From contig MU053934.1 in assembly GCA_013239625.1 (NCBI GenBank), positions 12,373,413 to 12,437,412 of the forward strand: a stretch of 64,000 nt of DNA, given 5' to 3'. This DNA comes from Lama guanicoe. Taxonomy: Eukaryota. The notes under the pieces are model-generated. The model searched no databases and was not told the origin of the DNA. It saw nothing but the letters and a program-made list of their open reading frames with translations. Positions 24,328-36,082 of the stretch are shown here, piece after piece; position 1 is the stretch's first letter; each line of letters starts with the position of its first letter. A program made the translations under genes and the position numbers.

Positions 24328-24684
24328 TGTAATTATTTAAAGAAACCTCAGATAAAGTTGGAGTCAGGACAGGCCTGTAGGAGGCTCACCCATGCCCCCC
24401 ATGCATCCTCAGGAAACAGGAAGACGTGTGTCTGGGTTCCCAGCCAGTCAGAGGCTGTCACAGCCCAATCAATGGGAAGCCTCCAATGAATCTTTAGTTA
24501 TCACAACCCCTCCGAACTCCTCATTTTTCCCTGGAAAAGCAACCCCTCTTGGTCCTTGTTTTCTGAATTTGCCTGTGATCTTCCATAGTTTCCACATACT
24601 GAGTTGCAATTCTTCTGGCTATTCCTGAATAAACTTGCTTTTGCTGGTAAAATAACTGGCTCTATTATATTATTAAAGTTGACA
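24328..24684 (+). mobile_element. Solo ERV-type LTR inserted in L1M
   Basis: TG...CA ends, CCAAT and AATAAA; interrupts contiguous L1 sequence; related copy on - strand at ~49090-49330. Confidence 0.6.
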
Positions 24685-25989
24685 CATCAATTGATGGACA
24701 TTTGGGTTGTTTCCAGTTTTTGCCTATTATAAACAATGCTGTATATAAATTTGCATACAAGTCTGTGTGTGGACCTATGTTTTAATTACTCTTGGGTAAA
24801 CACCTAGGAGTGAAAGTGTTGGGCTGTATATTAAGTTTATGTTTAACTTTTTAAGAAACTGTCAAACTGTTCTCCAAAGTGGCTTTACCATTTTACATTA
24901 CCACCAGCAATGTGTGAAGGTTCCAGTTTCTCCACATCCTTGTCAGCATTTGATGTTGTCAGTCTTTTTAATTGTAGCCATCCAAGGGATTGTGTAGTGA
25001 TAGCTCATGTGGGTTAATTTAGCACTTCCCTAATGATTACTGATGTTGAGTATCTTTTCATGTGCTCGTAAGTCATTTCTATTACATTCTTTGGTGAAAT
25101 AGTTAAAACTTTTGCCTGTTTTTATGTTGGGTTGTTTGCCTTATCAGAGTTGTAAGATTTTTAAAAATATGTATTCTAGAATCAAGTCCTTTATCAGATA
25201 CATGATTTAAAAACTATTTCCTCATCTGTGGCTTGTCTTTTATTTTTCTTAGTCTAATCTTTTGAAGAGCAAAGTTTTTAAATTTTGATCAAGTCTAATT
25301 TATCAATGTTTTTCTTTCATGTAGTACGTTTATGGTGTTATATCTAAGGAATCTTTTCCTAACCCGATGTCCTAGCCCAAGTAATTTTTCCTTTGTTTCT
25401 CCTAGAAGTAGTTCACTTCTCAGATTTAGGTCTATAATCCATTTTGAACTAATTTTTGTGGATGGTTTGAAGTAGGGGTTTAACGTCTTTTTTCTGCATA
25501 TGAATAACCAAATTATCCAGTATCATTTGTTAAAAAGATATTGCTTCCCTATTGAATTGACTTAGCACTGTTACTAAAAAAATCAATTGATCATATTTGT
25601 AAGGCTTTGCTTTTTGACTCTATTCTGTTCCATTGTTATATATGCGTATCCTTATACCAATTCTGTACTATCCTGATTATTCTAACTTTATAACACATTT
25701 TGAAATTGAGAAGTTAAGTCCTCCAACTTTGTTTTTTTCCAAAACTGCTTTGGCTACTTCAGTCTTTTGTATTTCTATGTAAATTTGAGTATTCGTTTGT
25801 CAATTTCTACTGAAAAAGGAAGACCATCTGCTGAAAAATCCCCAGGTACTGCATTGAATCTATTGATCCGGTTTGGGGAGAATTGCCGTGTTAGCAATCA
25901 TGAGTCATTTAATCCATGAACATGGCATGTCTCTCCATTTATTTAGAGCTTTTCTAATTTTTCTCAGCAATGTTTTTATAGCATGGGTG

Positions 25990-26980
25990 TTGCGAGACCA
26001 CTCTCAGGTTTGATGATTTGTAGAAAGGCTCACAGGACTCAGCATAGAGTCATTTTCATGGCCATGATTTATTACAGGAAAATGATACAAAGTAAAATCA
26101 GGAAAAGGAAAAGGCTCATGTGGCAAAGTTTGGGGGAGACCAGGTGCCAGCCTCCAGGGTCCTCATGGTGTTACACAGGGCAGAACTAATTGTCCCAGTG
26201 ACTTGTGACAATGGGTGTAAAATGTTGCCCACCAGGGAAGGTCATTAGAAACCCTGCAGCCGCAGTTTTATGAGGAACTTAAATTTATCTCCTATGGCCG
26301 CTAACAAAGCTGGTACAGACTTGGAGACTTAGAACAACAGAAATTTATTCTCCCACAGTTCAGGAAGCCAGAAGTCTGAAGTCAGCATGTCAGCAGGGTT
26401 GGTTCCTTCAGGAGGGTCTGAGGACAGTTCGTTTCAGGCCCCTCTGCTAACTTCTGTTGCTGCTAGCAATCTTTAGTGTTCCTTGGCATGTAGATTTATC
26501 ACTCCAATCTCTGCCTCTGTCTTTACATCACTTTCTCTTCTGTGTCTTTTTTCCTTTTCTTAGAAGGACACCTGTCATTGGATGTAAGACCCAACCTGAT
26601 CCCAGATGATCTATCTTGACATCGTAATTACATCAGCAAAGACCCTTTTTCCAAAGAAGGTCACATTCACAGTTTTTAGGTAGCTATATCTTTTTTGGGA
26701 GGGTCCACTAGAGGGCTGGTCAGATAGACAATCTCTGCCTGGTGCTTGCCAAAATTCCAGACACCCAGAAAGAAAGCAGGTTTCAACATAAATCATACTG
26801 TTGGTACAAACGGTTTAGGCAGAATGAGCCTCTCCAGTCATTTTGGGGATGGTGAGAACCTTCCTGACATCTGGGTTCTCGGTGCCGGCCCAGGACTAAC
26901 CACGTAAGCAGTGTTTTTGTTTGCTTGTTTTGTTTTGTTGATAAATTGCTAGCCTGCTGCAGTGACTCTTTTCTGTGCAT
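25990..26980. mobile_element. MER21-like LTR with nested MLT1 LTR (~26290-26700, - strand)
   Basis: MER21-like tattacagg...gatacaaagtaaaatcagg; MLT1 caacagaaatttattctc...cagggttggttccttc...ggtcacattcac. Confidence 0.65.
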
Positions 26981-29900
26981 ACCACTTTAGTTCTTTTTAT
27001 TCCTAAGTATTTTATTCATTTTGATGCAGTTGTGAATAGAATTTTTTCTTAATTACATTTTCAGATTGTTTCTAGCATATAGAAATATAACTGTTGCTTA
27101 TGTATTGATATTGTATCCTGTGACCTTGTTAAACTAGTTTATCATTTCCAGTAATTTTTTGGGTAGATTCCTTAGGATTTTCTAAAGAGAGAATCATGTC
27201 ATCTGTGAATAAAGACAATTTTGCTTCTTCCTTTTGATCTGTATGCCTTTAATTTTTTCTTGCCTTATTGCACTGGCTATAACTTTTAGTGCAATACAGA
27301 ATCATTTCAAATATTTCTTCTATTTCTTTCCTCTCTTTCGGGTATTCCCGTAATGTCTTTGTTACACCTTTTGTAGTTGTTCCACAGTCCTTGGATAGTC
27401 TGTTCTGTTTTGTTTTGTTTTTTTCCTCAGTCTTTGTTCTCTTAGCTTTCCAGTTTTTGAAGGTTCTCCTGATACAGCCTCAAGTTCAGAGATTCTTTCC
27501 TCAGCTGTGTACAGTCTACTGAAAAGCCCATCAGAGGCAGTCTTAGTTTCTGCTACACTATTTTACCTCTGACATTTCCTTGGTTCTTTCTTAGGGTTTC
27601 CTTCACTTTGCTTAATGGCCCATCTGTTCTTGCCTGGTGTCTGCTTTATCCATTAGAGCCCTTAACATATGAATCGTACTTGCACGAATTCCCAGCCTGA
27701 TAGTTCCAACATCCCTGCCGTATCTGGTTCTAAACCTTGCTCTGTCACTTCAAATTGTGTTTTTTGCCTTTCAGTCGTATAATTTGCCTAGTAATTTTTT
27801 TGATAGCCAGACATGAGGTACTGGGTGAAAGAAACTGCTATAAATAAGACTTAATAATTGGAGGTGAGGTGTGAGAGAGGGGAGGTCGTCTGTAATCCTG
27901 TGATTAGATCTCAGCCTTTGACTGAAGCTGTGCCTCTGGACTGAGAGCTCACAAGTGTTTCTCAGTTTTCTCTCCCCTCAGGATGCCCGGAGGGGGCTGG
28001 AGTTGGGTGTTTCCCTTTCCTAGATCAGTTAGGCTGGGATGAACCGTAGCAGGCCCGGCTCTTGTTAACTAGTCTTCCTTGCGGGCAAGTTAAGAACAGA
28101 GTGCTCTCTCTCCCCTGGCAGAAAGATGGAGGGGACTTTTCTCTGACACCCACTGTGGGAACCTGGTCGTGTGCCAGGAGGTAAATATCACAACACTGTG
28201 GGGGCTCCCTTATGATGGATCCCGCTGGAATTCTTAACACTCAGACTTGTACTGTGAGCCTCCAGAAGTCCATCAGCTACAGTTCAGGGACATCCCTCAC
28301 CCCAATACATGCACAGGTTCTCGGGCCGGTTCCTCTCATGAGTCTCTGCTCTGATAAGCTGTGATGACTTGGATTCACCTGCCTTTCTCCCCAGGCTTGG
28401 AAGCAGTGGTTTGCCCTGTGTCCTCCCTTCTCTTACAGACCCAGGAAGAGTTGCTGACTTTTCAGTCTGTTTAGCCTTTTACATCTTAGGACGGGGTGGT
28501 GACTTGCAACCTCCTTGCATGCAAAATCCTACAGCTTGGAATTGAGGTGGTATAACCAGACATCCTTGCCTTGTTTCCAGTCCTAGTGGAAAAGCATCAA
28601 ATCTTTCACCATTAAGTTTGATGTTAGCTGTACATTTTTCCTCGATACCTTTTATGAAGTTGAGGAATTTCCTGTCTATTCCTAGTGTGTTAACAGTGTT
28701 TATCATGAACAGGTATTGAATTTAGAAAAATGCCTTTTCTGCAGCTATAGTGACAATCCTGTGGTCTTTATCCTCTACTCTATTGATACAGTGTATTACA
28801 TTAATTGAGTTTTGGGTGCTAAACCAACTTTGCATTCCTGGGATAAACCCAACTGGTCTTAGTAGATAATCCTTTTTACATGTTGCCGAATTTGGTTCTC
28901 CATTCAAGGCTGTTGACTTGAGTGAACATCTTATGTTACTTTCTTTCAGCTTGAAGAACTTTCTTTAGTATTTCCGATGAGGCAGATCTCCCAGCAATGA
29001 ATTTTCTGCTTTGTTTATCTGGGAATGTCTTTATCCTACCTTCGTTTTTCTTCCGCCTTCAGCTTTGAAGTACAGTATTGCCAAGTGTAGAATTTTTTCA
29101 CTGGCAGGTTCTCCTGTTCTTTCAGCACTCTGAATATGCCATTTTACTGCCTCTGGGCTCCATGGTTTCTTAGGAGAAGTCAGCTACTAATTGTGTCACT
29201 GTTCCGCTTTATGTGATGGGTCACTCTTCTCTTGCTGCTTTCATGGGAGATGCAGGAACTCAGTTATGGTGTACACAGGTGTGGATATCCGTGTGTTTGT
29301 GCTACTTGGTTCATAGAGCAGGGGTCTTCTGGTGTACTGGTCTGTACCTTGCTGCCCTGGCAGGGGGGGTGGGGCTCTTGAGGAGAAGGATGGGATACGG
29401 CCACAGTTCCTCCAGTTCTGACTGTGCCCCAGGGGCGCACTCATTTTATATCAAGTTTTCCTTTTTCTCATTTATTGCTGAATGATTTTGCATTTGGTGA
29501 TCTTAGTGATAGAATTTACTTTATTTGGTCTTCTGTGTCGGAAATACTGAATTCTGCTTGGGTTTGTTCTAACTGCTCTGGGGAAACTCTAAGGCAGTTT
29601 GGAAGAGAACTCTGTTAAAAGAGTCCTAGCTATCGACTATGTCTTATGATCAATCACAGAACATGGACTGTAGTAGCCTTGCATGTTTCTCTTTGCATAT
29701 TACAGTATGTGATTATTTGTATAAACTACCCATTTTCTGCTCTCTCCTTTCCATTTTTGAAACAGGTTAACTTTACTATTTAGTTTTAACATAAATATTC
29801 AGTGGGACAGTGACCGAATTTGAGGAGTAATTAATGTAGCCAGTGACACATACAATGCCTGTTGGGACTGTGCATACCCTCATTTTGGGGAAAGTGAGAA

Positions 29901-32255
29901 TTTCTTCACTTGCAATAAAGATGAATGTACCTTGTTAGGTGAAAGTATTGTTTTGCTGTTGTGTGGAAGTTCAAACATGTTTGAAAGGATGCATACAGAA
30001 GCTGACCTTGGGAAGGTTGGACTCTGCTCATTTTCTACTTACTGCCTCAGCTCTAAATCTACTTCTCTTTGTCTGCTCTGCAAGAAGGGAGCTGGCTCCT
30101 AGAAGGATTTCTCTTCTGCAGCTGGCACAGTCTTGAGCTTCACGGGCAGTGAGTGCTGGAGGGTCACTCCTGGGGGAAGGGACTTCCTGGAGTAGGTGTG
30201 CATTCTCTCACCTTTTGTTCTATGGCATAGCTGCCAGATGCACTTGTGGGGGTCACACAGTGGTGCCACCTCTGTGGATGGCTTCCCACTGAGTGTCAGC
30301 AGTGCCCTCATTGGCAGGTTGAGGCCCTCATGTGTCCTGCAGACGCCTGAGCCAGAGGTTCCCAGGGCTTAGCCAGTAGACACCTTGAGGGGTGCATTAG
30401 CTCCATTCCAGAACAGCCTGGGGAACACCTCTGTCGTCCACTGGGCTGCAGCCACACAGCTCTCCAACACAGAAAGAACTCCCTCCTTGGGGAGGGGACC
30501 CCTGCTAAGTTATGTCCTGTCTTGAATATATAGTTCTTTATTCCTTTATAATTATTCCCCTGTAATCAGTAAACTCCATATCAGACTTTCTTTGAAGTCA
30601 CTCTTTGGTCTCTGTCCCCTTATTGGACCAGGACTATTGATTCAGGAGGAAAAACCAAGCTGGGAAAGGGGCTGTAAGTGTGCCTGTGTGCATGCATAAG
30701 TGCACATGTGCATGTGAGTGTGCACGCATGTATGTCGGTTTGAGCTCTGAAATGGAGAGGTCAGGGAAGCCCTCTTGAGGGGGGTGGACAATGGAGTAAG
30801 ATGGAGGCGATGAGTAAGCAAGGTGATCACTAGAGAGTGTGAGAGAATGCATGCACAACTGGTCTGTTGCAGGAGCTTCTCATGACTGGAGCTACAAGAA
30901 CAACGCGCAGAGCACAAGAGACGCTTGACTGTGAGCACCTGTGGGTGGCAGCAAGGACTGGCCTTTGTGCTGTGTGAGCCGGGAGCCCTTGAGGGAGGGA
31001 TGGGGTTGGATCTTTTTCACTGGGTGCCACGCTGATGACAACAAACTGGCCTCCAGTGACTGCCAGGAGAGACAGACGCAGGGAGCCTGCCCAGGGGCTG
31101 CCGTGGGAGCGGGTGAGAGGAACTGTTCTTGGACGAGGGCCAGAGAGGGAGAGCTGCCTATAGCTGGAAGTGGAGGGATATGCTGATGTGTCCAGTGTGG
31201 GGTGTGAGAGGAGAGGGGCCCCAGCTGACCCCAGGCATTCACAGCTGGACAAGCAGTGGGAGCATCTGAAGCGCTGGGGCGCCTGGCTCTGAGCCCCTGT
31301 TCTGCAGCACCTCCAGCCTCGGTGAGGAGGGTCTTCCCTTGTTTAGTTTGCAATCTATTCTCGGTTGTTAGACTAACACTTTTTCACCGTCTCTTCCTGA
31401 AGGTTCACCCTACAGAACTTGCCAGAAATCTGCCCTTTAGGATACCAGGGAAAGGTGTTCAGGAGAGCGTCTCACCGGGTAGCGGCCCGAAGGGTGCTGG
31501 GGAAGAGGGGCCGCAGGAGCGGGACACCGGGACGCGGCGGGGCAAACCCTCTCCCGCAGCGTCTCTCCCGCGCGAACAAAGCTCCCCGTAGCCGGGAGCC
31601 CGCATCCGTTTACGCGGAGGAGCATGTGCATTCGGAGCAGAGGGAATAAAGTGACAACTGGCAGAAGTGTTAGCTGTTCCTCAAGTGCTCGATTTCCTTT
31701 CCCAACGTCTTCCCGTGGTTCACGTTGACACCCGAAGTAACAATTCTCATTTTAGAGATCAGTTTGATTGAGTTAAACAACGACAACAAATGTTAAATGG
31801 GCATATATTTTAAGGTGTAAAATACTGCAAGGACCCGTGCGGCGCTTAAAAGAACTCACAGGTCTGGTGTCTGCAGCTCCGGCGCTCCCAGCTCTGTTAG
31901 GAGAGAGGACGGACAGGGGACTCCGCGTGGCCTTCGGCGGGCTGACCGCTGCTCGACGCCACGCGCCCAAGGAGTCCAGGAGCCACTCAGTTAGTTGCTC
32001 CAGCTGCGAAGACTTTCAGCCTTAGAGGAAGGCCCCCAGGGAGCAGGAAGCCCTTGCCCCAGGTATGTGACCCTCCGATCTTTTCAGACCTCCGGAGGGG
32101 TACTGTTGCTGACGATACATTTGAAAATTTATCACAGCAAATGCATTATCTCATCAGAAGTTCCCCACGCTCGTATAGAACCTTAGCGACACCTCCGGGG
32201 GACGAGCCAAGAAGGAAGCTGCGCGAGCCGCCCCCCCGACGCACCGCCCCCCCGA

Positions 32256-32412
32256 NNNNNNNNNNNNNNNNNNNNNNNNNNNNNNNNNNNNNNNNNNNNN
32301 NNNNNNNNNNNNNNNNNNNNNNNNNNNNNNNNNNNNNNNNNNNNNNNNNNNNNNNNNNNNNNNNNNNNNNNNNNNNNNNNNNNNNNNNNNNNNNNNNNNN
32401 NNNNNNNNNNNN
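32256..32412. other. Assembly gap in the PPP6R2 promoter
   Basis: 157 N. Confidence 1.
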
Positions 32413-32499
32413 AACCCCGCGCATCGCCCACAACGTGCCCCTGCCCTGGCGCAAGCGTGCGCGCCCGCATGAGGCCCCGAGCCCGGCGTGCGCGCGCCA

Positions 32500-32717
32500 G
32501 AACGCCGTCACCGCCATTTTGGAGCGACCGGAACGCCGCCTGCGGCCCGAGCCGGTCCCGAGTCGCCGGCCGACCGCGCGGTATCCGTGGGCTCCTCGCC
32601 CCGCCGGGCCCATGTGGGTGCGGCCCGCCCCAGGCCGCCCGGGCTTCGCCGCCGCCCGCGCCCTGGCCTCCACCGGGGCCTTCGAGGAGCCGCCGCGACG
32701 CCTGGTTCGCGGGGCAG
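32500..32717 (+). other. PPP6R2: PPP6R2 5'-UTR exon 1 (start approximate)
   Basis: Consensus donor CAG|GTGAGT at 32717/32718 within the CpG island, divergent from DENND6B; identity from recalled synteny. Confidence 0.75.
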
Positions 32718-32769
32718 GTGAGTGCGGCCGCCCCTCAGAACAGGCGGTGCGCGCCCGCTGGGCCCGCGG

Positions 32770-33250
32770 TGCCACCCTGTCAGTGTCCTCGTGTCAGTGT
32801 CCACCCTGCCTGTCGGTGTCCACCCCCTTCATGTCCTCCACAACAGTGTCCGCCGACCTGTCAGTGACATCCTGTCAGTGTCCCACCATCAGGGGCCTCC
32901 CATCAGTGTCCACCCATCAGTGCCCCTCATGTCCGTGCCCTCCGACCCCTCTCCTTTCCCCCCAGTGTCCCCCTGAGCAGTGTCCACCCCACCTCTGGTG
33001 CCCACCTCCCTGCCAGTCGCCGCCCTCCATCAGTGCCCTCCCCGCTGATGTCCTTCCTTCCCGCATGCTGCCAGTGCCCCCAACACCGGCGCGCTCCATC
33101 CTAGGCCTGTCCACCCCATCAGTCCTGCCTAGATCGTCAGTGTCTCCTCCCGTCCTCACCGCTTCCGCCCTTACCCCCGTCTCTTAGGACCTTTCCCATC
33201 AGTGCCCTCACCCACCTGCCAGTGCTGCCCTTCCCAGTGCCCCCCACTGC
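32770..33250 (+). repeat. Degenerate C-rich minisatellite-like array (YCAGTGYCC core)
   Basis: About 20 imperfect copies of tcagtgtcc/ccagtgccc. Confidence 0.75.
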
Positions 33251-34885
33251 CTGTCTCCTGCCTGTCCATGCGGGGCACTCCCCTCCCCGTTGCCCACTAT
33301 CGCCAGCCCCTTATCCACTCACTGGCTCCTCTCTCTGTCCCTTTTTCCATCACCATTAGGGTTTCTCGTGTCTCCATTCACCCACTCCCATTCTGTCACC
33401 TCCTTACTTCTCACTGCCCCATTTATTCTTCCATCCCCACCTTCTCTTCTTCCACACCTGTCACCTACCCCCATGCACCTTACTGGCCCCTTCATGTTCT
33501 CTCACCTGTCCCTGCAGTGTCTTCCACGCAGCCTCACTGCCTGCATGGTCCTCCCACCTGTTACTGACTGCTCCCAGTCTGCTGCTGGTCACCTGCCTTA
33601 CCACCGCCAGCCCCTCAAGTCCGTCACTTCCACTGAGTCCCTGCCTTTCACTGGGTCTTCTTCTTCATTTTGTCCCTGTGCCCACTTGTCTTGTTCTTGT
33701 GGCTTTTTCCTGCCCGTTACTCTTTCACCCACCGTCACCTCCCCCTGTGACCTCTTCTGCCCATGCCCTTGGCCTCTCAGTGCCTGGGCCATGGCTGACA
33801 CTCTCAGCTGTTCACCTTTTCTCTATGTCCCTTTCTGGCTTCCTTTCCCTTTTGGCTTCTCTAACTCTCATGTCAGCTAAGCTCTGGAAGGCACGAAGTA
33901 GCTGGCTGTGAGAAGAGGTGGGGCAGATCCTTCTAGGTGGAGGGGCAGCGCATGCAGAGGCCCTGAGGTGGACCTCCTCCGGGAACTGAGAGGAGGCTGA
34001 GATGTGGCCAGGCTGAGGGGAGAGTGCTGGTCTCCCGGCCATGGCCACACCGCTCCGCATGGCACGTGGGTCTGAGTTGGTGAGTGCCATCAACACATGA
34101 ATGTGGGACATGCGTAAGAGGGGGAGATGAGGCTGTTGGAGTGAGTACAGTTGTGGTTTAGACATTGGTGACACTTAAGGACGTCTTTTGCGGGTAGAGC
34201 TCTTGAGACTTGCTGATACGTTAGGAGAGGGGTGTGAGGGAAAGGGAGGACTCAGGGTGATTTCTGGGCTTACTGATGGAAGACGTGGGTGGACGGGGTA
34301 CTGTTTACCGCTGTGGGGAAGCTAGGTGGGGTGGTGGCAGGTGCAGGGCTGTCATTATAGGTTGGAGGTAGAAGGCAAGGCTTTCTCTTGGCTGAAAGTA
34401 GTGGAAAAAGTCTGACAAATCAAAGGATTGTTCGGGAGAAGATATCTTGCAGAAGAATTGAGCCAGAGGAGAAGTCAAGCTGCAGATATACCATCTCAGC
34501 ATGAGATACTGTTTAAAACCTTGGGAATGGCTGTTTATTTACACACACGGCAGAACTTTGATCATTTATTGTGGGGTACTGTGTTAAAGGCTTAGTGTGA
34601 GTTATTTAATTCTCACAAAAACTCTAGGATGAATAAAGCTTTATTCAGAAAAACAAGCCCAGACCCCAGACACTTTTTAGAGTGCCTCATTTAATTCTTT
34701 TTTTTAAATTCTTTTTTTTAAACAAAGTGCTTTACCTTTTATTCTTGTATTCTTATGAGACATAACATTTAGACATGAAGTGGGAGTGATGTGGCTTGTG
34801 CAGAATTTACTATAAACCAGAGAGTGAAGACCAGTGCTACATTCTACATTTTGACATCTAACCCAGGAACATTTATTTCTTCTTC

Positions 34886-35405
34886 TTTTTTTTTTTTTCA
34901 ACAGTCTTTATTTTTTAGAGCAGTTTCAGGTTCACAGCAGAATTGAGCAGAAAATACAGAGTTCACACATAGCCCTCCCCACCCACACGTATGTGCTCCC
35001 TTACCTTCAACATCCCTCATCAGTGTGGGATATTTGGTACAATCAATGAACCAACATGGGCACGTTATTATCAGCCAAAGTCCATAGTTTACATTAGGGT
35101 TCACTCTTGATGTCATACATTCTATGGGTTTTGACAAATGCATAATGACATGCAGCCACCACTATAGTATTATACAGAATAATTTAATTGTCCTAAAAAT
35201 CCCTTGTGCTCCATCTATTCATTCCTTCCTCCCTCCCTCTCCCCAAACCCCTGGAAACCATGGTCTTTTTATTGTTTCTGTAGCTTTGCCCTTTCCAGAA
35301 TGTTAATTTGGAATCATATAGTTTGTAACCTTTTCAGACTGGCTTCTTTCGTTTAGTAATATGTCTTTTAAGTTTCTTCCATGTCTTTCATGGCTTGATA
35401 GCTCG
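34886..35405 (-). mobile_element. L1MC-type 3' end fragment
   Basis: tttattttttagagcagttt-aggttcacagca...cattagggttcactcttg...tctatgggttttgacaaatg motifs. Confidence 0.75.
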
Positions 35406-35554
35406 TTTCTTTTTCTTTTTCTTTTTTTTTACTGCACATATATTTTAATTTACATATATGTATTCTTCATTGTCTCTAAGAACATTTAGAGCTTTAGCTT
35501 TTAAACTTACATAGTTATCAAAGGAATAAAGCCAACCACAAAATAAGAATTAAT

Positions 35555-35660
35555 TCAAAAAGAGACTTACACCCTGCTGTTAACAGCAACATTATTTACA
35601 ATTGCCAAGACATGAAAGCATCCTAAGTGCACATCAATAGTTGAACAGATAAAGAAGAAG

Positions 35661-35707
<47 letters not shown>

Positions 35708-36082
35708 ATGGAATACAACTCACCCAGAAGAAAGAAAGATACTTTGCCATTTGTGGCCCTTCATTCACTTTTTTTTTCCCACTTCAAAAGCCAGAATTTT
35801 ATAACTGGCATGAACATTTCCATTGCATCAAAAACAGCAAAATACCTAGAAATAAACTTCACCAAGGAGGTTACCTGTACTCCAAAAACTGAAATGACAC
35901 AAAGAAATGTGCTCTTGGATTGGAAGACTCAACACTATCAAAATGGCCACACTACCCAAAGCAATCCACAGATCCAATGCAACCCCCGTCAAAATACTCA
36001 AAACATTCCTCACAGAACTAGAACAAACAATTCCAAAATTTATAAGGAACCACAGAAGACCCCGAACAGCCGAAGTAATCTT
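35555..36082 (+). mobile_element. Two rearranged L1 ORF2 fragments (~35555-35760 and ~35815-36082)
   Basis: CSWIGRLNTIKMATLPKAIHRSNATPVK peptide; homologous to the in-window L1 at 41541-41700. Confidence 0.85.
35662..35703. repeat. (TG)21 microsatellite
   Basis: Direct observation. Confidence 0.95.

Larger units (their letters stand above)
24175..29230 (-). mobile_element. Fragmented ancient L1M cluster interrupted by LTR elements
   Basis: Degenerate L1 3' end, ORF2 and ORF1 segments; ORF-track peptides such as [10 protein letters not shown]...INVIHCINR and ANIKLNGERFDAFPL. Confidence 0.8.
31450..32780 (+). promoter_or_regulatory. PPP6R2 CpG-island promoter
   Basis: CpG-dense blocks around a gap; YY1-type CCGCCATTTT 32511-32520; NRF1-like GCGTGCGCGC motifs at ~32456 and ~32486. 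Confidence 0.8.

Noticed and set aside
32054..33187. 377-aa ORF over the PPP6R2 promoter
   Set aside because: Spans an N gap and a low-complexity C-rich array and reads through a consensus donor.
32770..33250. CRISPR-like repeat-spacer array
   Set aside because: Mammalian DNA; units are short, degenerate and irregularly spaced, with no cas-like genes.
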